A stretch of DNA of 64,000 bases from Lepidodermella squamata (taxonomy: Eukaryota > Animalia > Gastrotricha), in the NCBI GenBank assembly GCA_047495785.1, contig JBLDXI010000030.1, forward strand, positions 62,001 through 126,000, in the 5' to 3' direction. The notes beneath the pieces are model-generated. The model made no database searches, was not told the DNA's origin, and worked only from the letters and a program-made list of their open reading frames with translations. Shown in pieces: positions 1 to 12,824 of the stretch. Each line of letters starts with the position of its first letter. Position 1 is the first letter of the stretch. Made by a program: the position numbers and the translations under genes.

Positions 1-426
1 GATGAATGATTTTGAAAAATGAAAATACGCTAGGACGAAATCAGATCTGGTAATTATGACGTAGAGTAGGTAATTGGCCACGACGTAGCGTTGGCAATAG
101 TGCTAGACCGGAATTTGGTCATGCGTGTATGCTACAATGAATTTATTTTTGTTGGTTGTAGTATAGTAATGTCGTCTCACGGGGCACGTAGGATTAGCCG
201 CGCACTTTGACGCCCTCTTCATGCGTGTGAATTTCGCATGTCCGAAAACAGCGATCGATCACGCAATTGTTGCCCAGTGCCTGTTTATCAAGTGCGAATT
301 GAGTGATCCAATGAGGCCACTTGTTTTCAAGAGTACGACTCGTTTCTCCTAATATTCAGTACAATATAACAATTCGATTACAATATCAGTGTTATTTATT
401 ATGAAAATAAGCAATTCGAAACAGTT

Positions 427-702
427 TCAGCTCTCCTTGCACTTGAATCTAGATTTCCGCTTGCTATGGCATTCCGCAATCCACTGCGATATCGCTGAAT
501 GGCTTTTGCTGAGTTGACACGGGCAGAAGCCTTGCGAGCATGGGTACGCGTCGAACGATGAACCCTGATGGCACATAATTTGCATAAATCGAATGTCCTT
601 GCACGAGCACTTTTTCGCCTTGATTGTTATCCAACTTTGCGATGGCAGTAGTTGAATGAGAAGCAGCGTTATCAACATTAAAAAATCCGCCTTAAACTTC
701 AT
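427..702 (-). CDS. Small secreted cationic Cys-rich peptide (91 aa, 8 Cys), unknown family
   Basis: ATG start, hydrophobic signal-like N-terminus (FLMLITLLLIQLL), 8 Cys in the mature part, AATAAA on the minus strand about 30 bp after the stop. Confidence 0.55.
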   Translation of the reverse strand: MKFKADFLMLITLLLIQLLPSQSWITIKAKKCSCKDIRFMQIMCHQGSSFDAYPCSQGFCPCQLSKSHSAISQWIAECHSKRKSRFKCKES

Positions 703-1033
703 AATTTGTTACTTATGAATAAAAACTACGTAGTTAGGACATAAGGTAAGCTCGAGAATAGCAAAAACGCCGGTAGTCGTGCGTGGACTGCCGGAACCTG
801 GAGGATTATCTGCAGCTAACAATTCGCCGGAAGGCGGCTTAGAAAATTTAATAAGGCGACGATGCACTTTCTCGAAAAGCCTATAAACAAAATCGCAGTG
901 TACGCGCAATAATTATTTTCCTTTAATTTTTAATTATTCGACAGCTATATCGGGAATTTGTTGTTGCGGTTTTCAACAATCGATATAGATCTCGTGTTGG
1001 TAAAACCTCCTTATTCATGCGAAGTTTATTTTC

Positions 1034-2260
1034 CTAATTTTTCATAAGAATGAATAGATACAAGTCAGCGACGCACAAAATCACAGAAAGAACGGTAAAC
1101 GTAACAAAATCAACAAGTCTCACGCGGGAAATCGAGAAAAGTTTACCAGGAAAAGCAGACTCTCTGAAAAACGGTCTCTTAGCAAGTTCGCAAGCTAACA
1201 AAGTATAGATTGTGATAAGAACAGCGGCACCGAGTTGAATAGACAGAAAAATAATGGCGTAAGGAATGTTGTTAGTTTTAGGCACAGATTCATTGATAGC
1301 AGCTTGAGACACTGAAAAGGCAAGTACAACAGTTACAAGAAAAACAGGTCTATCTGCAGATTCCGGGTCTAGGAATGCTCCCACTAGAAGTAGAATCGTA
1401 AGGCATATCGTTGGGTAAAACACGTTGACCAAGAACAGATGAGGCCGGCGTTTGAAGACGTAGGTGAAGATCACTCGGTCGTACCCTATATGAGGAGCAA
1501 CCGGGTAATAGATGGTAATATTTTCTCCTGTCATGCTTTCCAAGTTCCATACGGCAGAATCAGTGAGGAAGGGTGCGCTTTTCGCGTCTGCCGACAGGCC
1601 GTACGCCACTTTCGGATCTTTTTCCAATTTGAGACGGTAATTTGCTGTTTGATCATTGGCTTCAAATTGCACATTGCAAATTTGAGTGTCGAAAGGAAAT
1701 TTTTCCAGGCTGCGAGGGTACGAAAGCGTGAAAATACCCTTTAAGGAATAATAATCTTACTTGAGGGGGCAATAAGCGTGGAAAGGAGCGTTGATGTTGA
1801 GGCGGGTGAAGCCTTCGTAACGGAATTTAGACACCCTTCTATCCCCAATTAGCGCATCCACTGAAAGATCTTCAGCGCCATTAAGGAAAGTTATCGCTGG
1901 ATACCAAGTATCCGTGACTTGAACATTGAAAACCTTAACCTGGGCCCAATCGTCTGGATTCCAATGTACGCATGGATGAGTCCATTTCAGGCCTAAATTG
2001 GCCATCAGCGAAAACCTCTGATCCGGCTCAACGATTTCGATGAATCGCATTGGGTTGAACTGAATTGTGATTTCTATAGCCGAAGAATTAGCGACTGGTT
2101 TCATTTTCGATTGCAGGTTACAAAGCTTAGAAAAATGTTGGTAAATTGCCTCTTCAGCCGGCATGAAAGTTGCTGCAACATCTTCTGAGGTTTCTTGAGC
2201 AAAACTACCAACGAATGAAAAAACTAGGAGAATTGTTAGAAGCATGAAGGGATTGATCAT
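1034..2260 (-). CDS. Divergent Cys-loop ligand-gated ion channel subunit (subfamily A)
   Basis: Exons 2260-1761 and 1709-1034; 51-bp GT-AG phase-2 intron restores CPLNLEKFPFDTQIC; signal peptide, WYP loop A, 4 TM helices. Confidence 0.93.
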
Positions 2261-2900
2261 GCTTTTTTGGCTACAGCCGTAGTTGCATAGGCATTATGTG
2301 GAGGTGAATGACGAAAAATCGAACAAACAAGGTAAGCTCTCATTCCAATTTCCTTGCTTTTATGTTTGCACTAGTCTGGAGCATGCCTGATCGTTAAGTA
2401 ATTTTAAAATGTTCATCGTGTATCGATTATTTTCGCATTGAATCACTACGCTAATGGTGAGCATGTGGTTTTAAATATAAATGAGGCTTTCCTTTTTAGA
2501 TTTCTGCTGCGGATTATTGACCGGAATCTTTTTAAAATCAAAAGTAAACAATCGTTCTTCGACCTATTTTTCAGAATTTGTATACTATATTCCTTATAAA
2601 TCCAAACAATAAAAAAAACCTAATAGCTATGGTTTCTACCTTAGTGATTTTTACTAATAAAAAAAATTAAAAAATTCTAAAAAGGATTTGCTTTGGGCTG
2701 ATTACGAGCCACGAAGTTCTTCATTCTTTCAATATCATGATTCATCTAATCAAATATCAAACTATAAAGAATGTCAGTTTCCTCAACTCAACAGATGGTA
2801 TAGATGAAATCGCTCTTTTACTCTTCCCTCACCCTATCAAACAACACGAAAAATCAAATATAAACGCGTCTAACATAGCATGTTTACATAAAATATTTGC

Positions 2901-4123
2901 TCACTGCTTCATTTCTATGATGAAGAAAATATCGAACAACCACAAGAGTATTGCTAGAGCTCCAAATGTCACAACATCGATCAATCGAACTAATTTAAAT
3001 GCGCAACATTTGCCGAATCGAAACTTTTTACGGAATAACTTTCTACTAGCCAATTCACAGGCAACCAAGCTATACATGGTACAGAGAACAGAGGCGCCTA
3101 AATGTACCGACAGATAGATCAGAGCATAAGGAATATGGTTAGTCCTTGGGACAGATTCACTTATAGCAGCGAGTGATACAGAAAACGCAAGGACGACAGT
3201 GACTAGAAAGACCGGTCTATCTGTAGATTTTGGTTCAAGAAAAGCTCCAACTATCAGTAGAATTGTTAGGCACATTGTCGGGAAGAATATGTTAATCAAG
3301 TACAGATTAGGCCGGCGTTTCAGAATGAAGGAAAATATTACGCGATCATAACCGATCCCCGGTAGAACAGGGTACGTTAAAGTAACGTTTTCAGCGTACA
3401 ATTTCGTTAATATCCAAATTGACGAGTCTGTGACGAAAGGAGCGCTTCTGGAGTCAGCCCATAAGCCAAACGAGCTTTCAGCGTCTTGTTCCAATTTTAT
3501 CCTCATTTTGGACGTTGGTTCACTCGCTTCGAATTGAACGCTGCAGATTTGCGTATCGAACGGAAATTTCTCCAAGCTGTTTTCATTAAAAAATTGAATT
3601 GGGGTTAGTGTTAGCATTGGCTACACATTAACACTTACTTCATAGGACAATAAGCATGAAAAGCGCTGTTAACATCCAATCGCGCCGTTCCTTCGCTTTT
3701 GAATTTGATGAGCCGCCGTTCACCAATCACGCTCTCGAGTGATATATCATGAGCGCCGTTAATGAAATTCAACTCAGGGAACCATGTTTCCAACACTGGA
3801 ATCGAAAAGCCTCTCGCTCCGTTCCAGTCTGCCGGGTCCCATTTCAAGCATGGATGCGACCATTTCAGTCCCATGTTTGACATTAGCGAGAAGGTCTGTG
3901 TAGTATCTTGAATTTCGATGAAGCGGACAGGGTGGAACTGGATAATTATTTCGATCGAGGATGCATTGCCAACAGGCCGCATTCTTGACTGTAAGTTGCA
4001 TTTCCGAGCGAAATGCTGAAATACCAATTCCTCAGTTGGCGTAAAACTATTATCTATGACATTCGAAGTTGTGTTCTGCGCTGAATTCGAGCAACTTTGT
4101 AGAAGGAATATAAAAAGAAACAT
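2901..4123 (-). CDS. Divergent Cys-loop channel subunit (subfamily A)
   Basis: Likely ATG at 4123 (MFLFIFLL); intron 3577-3638; Cys-loop CPMNLEKFPFDTQIC; 4 TM. Confidence 0.92.
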
Positions 4124-4482
4124 TGTCTTATCGACTGCTACGGTTCCGGTGTGGAATCGGGTAGTTGAATTTTCAAAGTTTGTTTGATGAATCGATAATT
4201 CATGCGATTTGTCCACTTATTCGAGTTTATTTGCTCAAACAAGATAAATCTGAGTAGCACCCAAGAAAAAATCAAGATACACATCTGTTGTTTAATTAAT
4301 CGATTGAAGATGCTAGCCAGTGGTTACATTCAGTCTGGTTGGTTTCAGTTTTCGACCTAGTCGAGTCCTATTAAACTATAATGGAGTATCTAGGATGTGT
4401 TTGAAAAAACTGTGATTTTAAGGTTTTTCCTAATCGGCGAGGCGTCATTTTTATTAAAAATGAGTTCATTAATGCAAACATA

Positions 4483-5700
4483 TCATCCCAGCATCTGGAA
4501 TATAATTTTAAGGCTAAATATTGTAAGTAAAACAAAGAGAATTCCGAATATAATGCAATCAACCAATCTAACAGCTCTAAACGACCATCCCTTCATTATT
4601 CGGATTTTCCTTCGCATGGCTTTCCTTTTTGCGATTCCACAAGCGACAAGGCTATAAACTGTAATCAGAACAGATATGCAAAGTTGAAGAGAAAGATAAA
4701 TCAAAGCGTATGGAATGTGGTTAGTGCTAGGAATCGATTCGCTGATCCCAGAGAGCGATACGGAGAACGCCAAGACAACGGTTACTAGAAAAACGGGTCG
4801 ATCAGGCGATTTAGGATCTAGAAAGCCTCCGACAAGCATAAGCAAAGTTAGACAGTAGGTTGGGAGGAATATATTAATCACATAAAGGGTCGGCCTCCGT
4901 TTAAGGACAAAAGTGAAAATAACTCGATCATAGCCGATCTGCGGGAGAACAGGATAGGTCAACGTTACATTTTCAGCGTACAGCTTCTCCAAGCTCCAAA
5001 CATCTGCTTCTGTGATGAAAGGGGCGCTTCTTTCATCGGCCCACAAGCCATATGAGCTCAATTCATCGCCTTCCAGTAGCAGTCGATGTTTCGCGACTTG
5101 CTCGCTCGCCTCAAATTGAACGGTACAAGTTTGGGTGTCGAAAGGAAATTTTTCCAGGCTAATGATAGAATGCACTTGATTAAATGCGCAATTTTTCAAT
5201 GTAACCTACTTCATAGGGCAATATGCATGAAAAGCGCTGTTGATGTCCAATCTTGTGTTTCCAACATTTCTAAATTTGACAAATCTCTTCTCCCCAACTG
5301 CCGCTTCGAGTGATAGGTCATTCGCTCCATTGATAAAGGTGAGTTCGGGGTACCACGTTTCTGTAACGGGGATGTTGAATGAATTCACGTAGCCCCAGTC
5401 TGATGGGTCCCATTTAACGCAGGGATGCTCCCATTTCAGCCCTAGGTTAGCCATTAACGAAAAGGTCTGCTGCGTGTCTTCGATGTCGATGAATCTGATC
5501 GGGTGGAACTGAATTACAATGCCAATTGCTGTTGAATTAGCAACAGGGCGCATTCGGGAGTGAAGTGAGCACTTCTTCACGAAGTACTGGTATACCAGTT
5601 CTTCGGATGGTACAAAAACTGCGTGGTCATTTTCCGGAAAATTCTGGGCGTAGTTAAGAACTGATATTACGCTGAGAAGTAGGAAAACCGCTTCGAACAT
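4483..5700 (-). CDS. Divergent Cys-loop channel subunit (subfamily A)
   Basis: Intron 5159-5209; CPMNLEKFPFDTQTC; signal peptide; 4 TM. Confidence 0.93.
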
Positions 5701-6766
5701 TTTTCATCAAGTTTCAAAGAAATAAAGCAAAACATCATTGATTCTTTTCTTCCGCATTGTTTACTTACATCCGCCTTGTTAAATTTGCTGCGGCTGGTAG
5801 TAAAACATGAACATGCGAATAAGTTTGCTTGTTATTATTCAAGGGATCTGTTTGATCAAAGATTTGGCATGAAAAAGATTTTACTATACAACCTTTGCCT
5901 CTCGGCACTCGCGGCGCGTTAACTCATGCCCGCACTGTGCTTTCACAAAAATATAAAAGCCATAACGATCACAAAAGATGTTGTCATTACTTAGTGCCTT
6001 TCTGAACGTTTCGGAGAACTTTGATCAGCTCTCGATGGATACGCACATTCGAAAGTAGGTTTTCCCTGCTTTCTAAGATGCTGCTTAGACGATATTGAGT
6101 CCCTCAGCCTGCTGTTCTTGTCATTCGCGGCTCTTCCGGCCTGCATTTCGTCGAACTCAGCCGGCGTCATTACAGGCGTCAACAGGCCGTCGCATCACGC
6201 TGGCACATTTAGGTGACATCACCCAATCTCATAATCCCCGTTATCTAATTTTATCTTCCCGAAGTGGGTGAATCACGCATGAATACGTGATGATCGGACG
6301 GACGCCTGGATCTTCATAAATGTAATAAAACAAGCAATACATTGTTTGCAGTTAATGCATCAGCCTATAGTTGATAAATGTAATAAGAGGTATTTAATGG
6401 CATATTGAAGATGGTGTTTGTTTGACCAAATAGTTATCCAATAAAGAAATTGTCTAGTCCGTGCAATAGAGTTCTAACACCGACTTCTACTGAGAAATTT
6501 TCTTGGCGTTATATAAAACATGTGCATTTTACTTCACCTGTTTTTCTAGTCTGTGCAATAAAGTTCTAGTACCGGGTAGGGTAGTGAGTCATATCACTCA
6601 TTTCGGCCAAGTGCGTGAACACCAAAATGCGTGATCCGGGTGTATGAACAGCAGGCAAATGACAAAAAATGGCATTTCGAGGTGTCAGATGCCAGCTCAA
6701 TTCATTCATTCATTTTCAACTCTCGATAACAAGAGATAATTTCTTTTCAACTTTCAGCATCTTCAA

Positions 6767-7267
6767 ATGACTAAGCTAGCTCTTGCTTTTGCTGTTTTGG
6801 TAAGATTTCAACATGAAACCATCAAAGTTAATTGTTGATACGTACATTTTGTTTCGCAGGCCGCCACTGCTGCTATTGCTCTGTCAGATTGGGCGTCGTA
6901 CAATCGCTGCATGAGCAGTACAGGCGGCAGCTATAGTAGAAAGTACAATGCTTGCAGACGCCACGTCCCTCCACCGGGCCGCGAGGAAACTGTCTTCGAG
7001 GAAGAAGCCCGTGCTGCGCCTAAAATCGGCCATAAATGCAACGGCCCCAAACTAGGACGAGTCTACGTCTGGGCCCGCGTCAACGGCCAAGTCGTCTGCA
7101 AGAGTACGGTATTTGGTGAGCGCGAGGAAACCGTCTTCGAGGAAGAAGCCCGTGCTGCGCCTAAAATCGGCCATAAATGCAACGGCCCCAAACTAGGACG
7201 AGTCTACGTCTGGGCCCGCGTCAACGGCCAAGTCGTCTGCAAGAGTACGGTATTTGGTGAGCGCTAG
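6767..7267 (+). CDS. Secreted multi-peptide precursor (antimicrobial/toxin-like) with acidic spacers
   Basis: Exon 6767-6799 (MTKLALAFAVL), intron 6800-6859 (GTAAG...CGCAG), exon 6860-7267 completing the signal peptide; three cationic 2-Cys peptides separated by R-EETVFEEEA-R; AATAAA near 7396. Confidence 0.85.
6980..7264 (+). repeat. 141-bp (47-codon) tandem duplication inside the peptide precursor
   Basis: 6980-7120 and 7121-7261 identical except one synonymous change (ACT/ACC). Confidence 0.95.
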
Positions 7268-7787
7268 GAAGCCATCTGAACATGAGGGACGAGCGTGGTG
7301 AAAGGACATGATATAGGAAGTGAGATGAGATGAGCTATGTGCTGTTATGACTGCGAGTGCTTTGTGTGATGAAGCGCGCTGTGTATCAATTGCGCAATAA
7401 AATGCAGGCAAAATCGGATTAATTAATAGTTATGGAGAAAAAAGTTATCTATGATCAAAAGTACTCAAGACATAGGATGAAATAAGATGAAATAAGACAT
7501 TCTGATAAAAGAAGACACATATGTGATGAAAAAGTCACCCATATTATACGGTAAAGTGTGTTGGGTATAGTACTTGAGAGTACTTATTCGGTGCATTAGA
7601 CCTGGACAGTTAGATCTGCATATTGGTGCGTTTAAGAAAGAGCAAGTGGCATACGGACGGAATATCCCCGAAAATCCTCGCTATTATGCAACAAAAGTCA
7701 TTTGCTGCAATTATGCCACTGTGCCTTTTTTATTCAAAAAATCTCAGTAGGTGGTCCAGGCATATCTAATACATGTAGTAAGAGGTT

Positions 7788-9138
7788 CTAATTAGTTGTA
7801 GACGGAGACGCACATTCAACGGCCGGCCCCCGCAGCTTCTGGCGCATGAATCGTTTAGTAAAGCCAGGCCGTAACATTTGAATGATAGGGGAAAGCATCA
7901 ATTGCGAAACGAAGATTACAACTACGATTTTGTTAACCCAGTACGTTAGATACTGAGGGCCGATTTCTCGGTACAGCGTCATGAAGATGAACTGAATCCA
8001 AATAGGTGTGAAACACACGAAAAATGTAATAAATGTGATGAATGATTGCTTCACGAAAAACAATTCGCGCCTCTTCCAATCAGCCTTCCGATTTCCTGCG
8101 CTTTGACCCCAAGCGACGCCAACCGAGCTGATCTTCTTGTAAATTTTCCTGCAAAACGACACAAAAGATTGAACATAGTTTCTGCGAAATTCTCGTATTC
8201 GAGTTTGTATGCAACCGTTTCAAGTAAATGTTCAGGGTTTTTTCCTTACAACATCAATGGGACAGGACGGAATCACGTTCCACAAAGCTAAGCCCTGAGC
8301 CCAACTGATTTTTCAGAGAACCAGCCTATAACTCAATCTAAAAATTTGACGAAGATTGTACTTACCAGAAGTTGTTAATCATGATTAGCGAGCAGATAAC
8401 GGCCATTGCACCGCTTGAGAGGGAAAGTATCGCAGCAGTATCAAGGCCCCATGCCACATGGTTTTCCCAGCTGGAACAGACCGGGAATGCCGTATCGTTG
8501 CTCAACTCAGTTAGGCGTATCATTCTCACTCCGAAATTTCTTAATGGATACACGCCGAGAATTCCCATTCCAAGCATGGATGACATGTAAAGGGAAACTA
8601 TCACGAAGAAAATCTGAAAAAACGATAAGACCTTAACCGATTGAACTACTTATGCAAATTTTACCTTCTTTTTGTTACTCTTCTGTTCCAGGCCATTCGA
8701 AAATACGCATATTCGGCGTTCAAAGGTTATTAGAGTTAAAATGAAAAAGCTGATACCACCCATGCCATAAAACAGCCAAAAGAAAGCTGTGCAAGAAGCG
8801 TCGCCTAATTCCCAAAAGCCGGTTGGCACAACTACGAGGATGCCTATCAGGTAAAGAGTTGCAAAAACTATGCTGGACACATTCAACGCGTTGAGTAGAA
8901 CACGAAAGTCCTGCTTTACTTCCCGCTTTCGATAGAGTATGATATTTGCGATATTTGACGCTATCAAGCCGACGATGAGCATGGAAAATGGCACAGCGAA
9001 CTTGAGACGGTCCGACAACGTGTTGGATCTCAGGTTGTGAAATTGACCTACGAAATACGGCCTCGGTCCTTCGAATCCACGGTCGGGAAGTTCGACTATT
9101 ATCCAAGCGTCTCCGATAATCTCACCTGTGAAATTCAT
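7788..9138 (-). CDS. Divergent rhodopsin-class (class A) GPCR, orphan, about 360 aa
   Basis: Exons 9138-8665, 8613-8366, 8148-7788 splice in frame; LITFERR (DRY-like), FFVCFTP (CWxP-like), LSPII (NPxxY-like), TM3 and ECL2 Cys. Confidence 0.8.
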
Positions 9139-10179
9139 AATAATTCAGGGATATGCCATTGAGAGAAAGCTGCAGTGAGGTATATGTACCGTTGATTAGC
9201 TGTATAGCAAGTTGAAAAGAACACAGTCATTAGCTGTCAATTAAGCATGTTTTCAGATCACGTATGGAAGAGAACAGAGATGAACGAAGCTTGATTTGAG
9301 GATGTCTACCTGTCTTATGAATCGCGGGAATCAAATGCGTGGATGGCTTGCGTAGGTTGGCCGAGGAATGTCATGCAACAAGTGCCGTAGTTGCAAGGTC
9401 ATTTTCTACGTAAATATAAAATAATTGATTAGTGGATCGCACGGCAGAAGTGTTTCATCCCGGAGTCATAGCAAAGGATCAAATGACCAATCAGCGTGTG
9501 CGCCAAAGTCCACATTTTTAGTGGTTCTACAATGTTTTGGACAATCATGTCGGAAGTTTTCCTTTGTCGAAGGTCGGCTTCCTTCAGATAGACCTTGCCC
9601 TAGATTCTTCAAACTATGAAAGAAGAGAGAGTGATAGACGGTGAGGTGGATGTACTGCTGATTAGCTGCATACCCAGCTACGCACGGTCTTGGACAAAAA
9701 CTGAAATTTGTCACAAACTCGCATAAGTAGATGAGTAGAAGAAGAAGAAACTCATGTTTTATTGGAAAACCACATATGGCAGATAAATCCTAACTGCTTG
9801 CCCTATGACACTATGACTCATAAAGTTGAGAACTAAGAATAACTATTGCTTCTAGATTATATATTGAACTATATTGAGGCGCTAATGGGCTAGTGTGTTA
9901 CTTGTTATTATACAAGTGGTAATGTAAAATTTGGCACGAGTCCTTAAATACAGAAAGAACAATATCATTCGACAAGGATTTGATCTATCTTTTCGTACAG
10001 AGATCCATAAATAATTTTTTTTATTATTAAAAAAATATCGGACTGTCGAAATGTTTAGGGATTACCGTCTATCTACATTTGAATATTTAGTCGAAATATA
10101 TTCGAAATATTTGATCTCTTTCGGGCTTCACTGCGCCTTTAACTGACACTGTAGGTTGGCTTTTTCATCGAATTGGCTG

Positions 10180-12824
10180 CTAGCGGCCAGTGAGAGATAA
10201 CGATGTCGTGGTAATCCCACCGCTGGTTGGAAGTACTTCTACATCAGGCTTCAATTTCTGAAGTGTATGTTAAAATGTTGAAAGTAGACAGAAATTGTAA
10301 CCTTAGAAAATGTAATTACCAATGAAGCGAATGAAGCAATCAATGTGATGGCGACACATGCGAAATTCATCACCGAGATGGCGAGTCGTTGGCTTGTTTG
10401 ATTCTTGAAAATGCCACCGGCTACAACTGCTCCGCAAACCAACAACAAAACTATTGCGTAGAAACATTTGATGACAATTCTGATATGATGAATCATGCCT
10501 CCCGTTGATTGCTTTACCGAAGAGTTCAAAGTGTAGGCCAATAATGCTCCGCGTAGGATTAACAGCCCAAAGCCAGTAAGAATCACAGCCATGATGATTG
10601 TCGAAGTTAGCGTGGGACCGAACTCGCATTGATGGATAATGTGCTCATAAGCAAGCGAATCATCTTCGCGAGACGGGATTACGGCACTGGTGCTTTTTCT
10701 TGATAAAATAGGGTCAACCAGGAACCAAACCAATAACAAACAGAAAATTATAGCCAAAACTAAGCAACCTAGGTAGATTAGTGGCTTTTCTATTGATTTT
10801 CTGCTAGCATTCGCAACAACCAAGTTTGGATTTCTGTTATTCGAATCAAACTGGTATATCGGATTAGTTGAAGCTTTTTTCGTTGAGATTTTCTTGCGTT
10901 TCCAGCTTCCTGCTCTACTGTCACTTCCCCTAACTGTTTTGATCAAAAGTGACCTGCCAAGCTCGAGACGAGCAACAACACCGTGGAGCAGACTTCCGAT
11001 CCCTAGGAGTAGGAAAATGTACGCTGCCATGCAGTGTAGGTGTAAAGTGTCAGAATATTGAAGCGGCTGAATTAGAACACTCAACAAGAGTAACACATCC
11101 CCCATCAATACAAAAGCGACAAGCTTCGCATTATCCTGCCTAATGAAATAATGCGCAATGGAGACAGCAATTACGCAGATGAACTCCAAGCAGCTGATAG
11201 CAGTAACAGTACTGTAAGCTTCAATCGATATTAAATCTTCGATCAGAGGCACGATGCGAACCGAATCAGTCGGCGGGTTACCACTTCGCGTTGCCCAAAC
11301 CATTTTTTCAGGCCCTTTAGTTACCGTTTTCCATCGAGTGTCATAAATTGCGATTGGGAGTAGGGAGAAATCGTTAGAAGTGGGCGAGGCGAGGACGTAA
11401 CGAAAAAACGCAATATAGACGCTGCCAGCCGTGTTCAATGTTGTGTTAGCCTCAAATCCAGCCTCGCCAAACTTAGCAGTGGCTCGAGTCGTGAAAAGTG
11501 CTTTCTTCATCGTTTCTACAATGTAACTTCCGTTGGTCTTGAAATTTTCGCCACTAGTAACCCAGTCAGATAGAGTTTGGTTATTTTGACGAAGATATGT
11601 TTCAGTGGTATTGAGAACGTGAGCCGCGACTAGAACATTATCGTAGCAATAATGCCTTGTTGAATAAACGCTGTTAGTTTCCGGGTTCTGAATGCTCGCT
11701 GAAAGGAATGAGTCAAAATCAGAACCCGAGTTGCCCAATGAGTCCTTTTGGCTCTTGTCTAGGTACATCGAACTGGCCATGATGAAAGGCAGTGCGCTCT
11801 GCAGGACGGCTCTCATCATCTGTTCAGTGCACCAGCTGTATCTCAACGGATCATTTGGGCGGAACATGAACATTCCAGGGAAAAATATCACGTAATTCGG
11901 TCCGTAAATTCCATAGCGATACAACCAACAAGCAACTCGAACAGGGGCTATAGATGGGACGTAGATTACTCGAGGATCCAGCTTATCAATGCCCTCTAAT
12001 CCCTTTCGAACATCCTCGGATTCAGGTATTCCGTTGGCCTGTATTAATTTGAATAGACCCGTAAGTTTTATGTCGTATTTTCGCTCCAGCAAGTCCGCAA
12101 ATGCTGTTTCTACGCGGCCTTGGTAGTCAGCAATCTCGGAAATGACCGCTATCTTCTTCCAACCCATTACGGCTGTGTAAGCCGCGATAGATGCATAGAA
12201 TTCAAATGTATTTGGCGTCAGGATAAAGAAATTGCTGTAGAGACGACGATTCTCGTGGACATCGGTCGTTGTAGTGACTGGTGCGATCTTAAATAGATTT
12301 GCTTATAGTTATTCCTCTCAAGTTAACACAAACTTACCCCGATGAAATTGAATTGCTCTAGGAATGCGCCTGTTTGCAAATGCGAGGGACAGAGGCTCAT
12401 TAAGGCGAAAGGGATTCGATCCTTAGCAATCGAATTTCTCTGCATCGCTGCAAGGTGTTTCGCGATTCCAACATCCCGCATGCACTATATATTCAAATGT
12501 TCGTAAAAATCGGTTTTAAAATTAGAAAATTGCATACCATGTCGTCGAATGGATCAATAGTCAGCTCGTAATCCGCTAACAAGTTCGAAATTTTTCTAAT
12601 GCTGTCTAGTGCGTAATGCCTTCTGTGCAAATTGGGCCCTGGGCAAGCACACGGCCGCCGTAGTTCAAAGCTGCTACCAGGCTCAACGTTTTTCGGCTCG
12701 TTTCGTTGGGGTTGAAGGAAGAAGCAGTTACCCGTGATGGCATCGAGCTGTTAAGCGGAAGTTTCGCTGATATAGCGCTTACGCATATTACCATGGCGTA
12801 TATCGATTCGGCCTTCAGAAGCAT
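10180..12824 (-). CDS. GABA-B-receptor-like class C GPCR (Venus flytrap + 7TM) with an apparent frameshift near 12615; possibly a pseudogene
   Basis: Motifs ALDSIRKISNLLADYEL, NRRLYSNFF, GWKKIAVI, YGPNYV, W...PPTD linker with no nine-Cys domain, 7 hydrophobic helices; introns 12485-12537, 12288-12337 and probably 10258-10301 (C-terminal exon uncertain). Confidence 0.8.

Noticed and set aside
1757-1760. In-frame stop at each splice donor as a programmed secreted isoform
   Set aside because: It follows automatically from a phase-2 intron starting GTAA, GTGA or GTAG; no evidence for intron retention
2737-3117. Numerous plus-strand ORFs overlapping the channel genes (this one as an example)
   Set aside because: Antisense shadows of real coding sequence with no motifs
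4790-4815. Anion selectivity inferred from the Pro in PDR
   Set aside because: Linker length matches cation channels and -1' is acidic rather than Ala
6453-6575. Two imperfect 30-bp direct repeats upstream of the peptide precursor
   Set aside because: Too short and degenerate to assign to an element or regulatory role
6980-7264. CRISPR-like array
   Set aside because: Two coding tandem units with no unique spacers, in a eukaryotic context with no cas genes
12606-12608. Stop-codon readthrough in the GABA-B-like gene
   Set aside because: Homology resumes in a different frame, so this is a frameshift rather than readthrough
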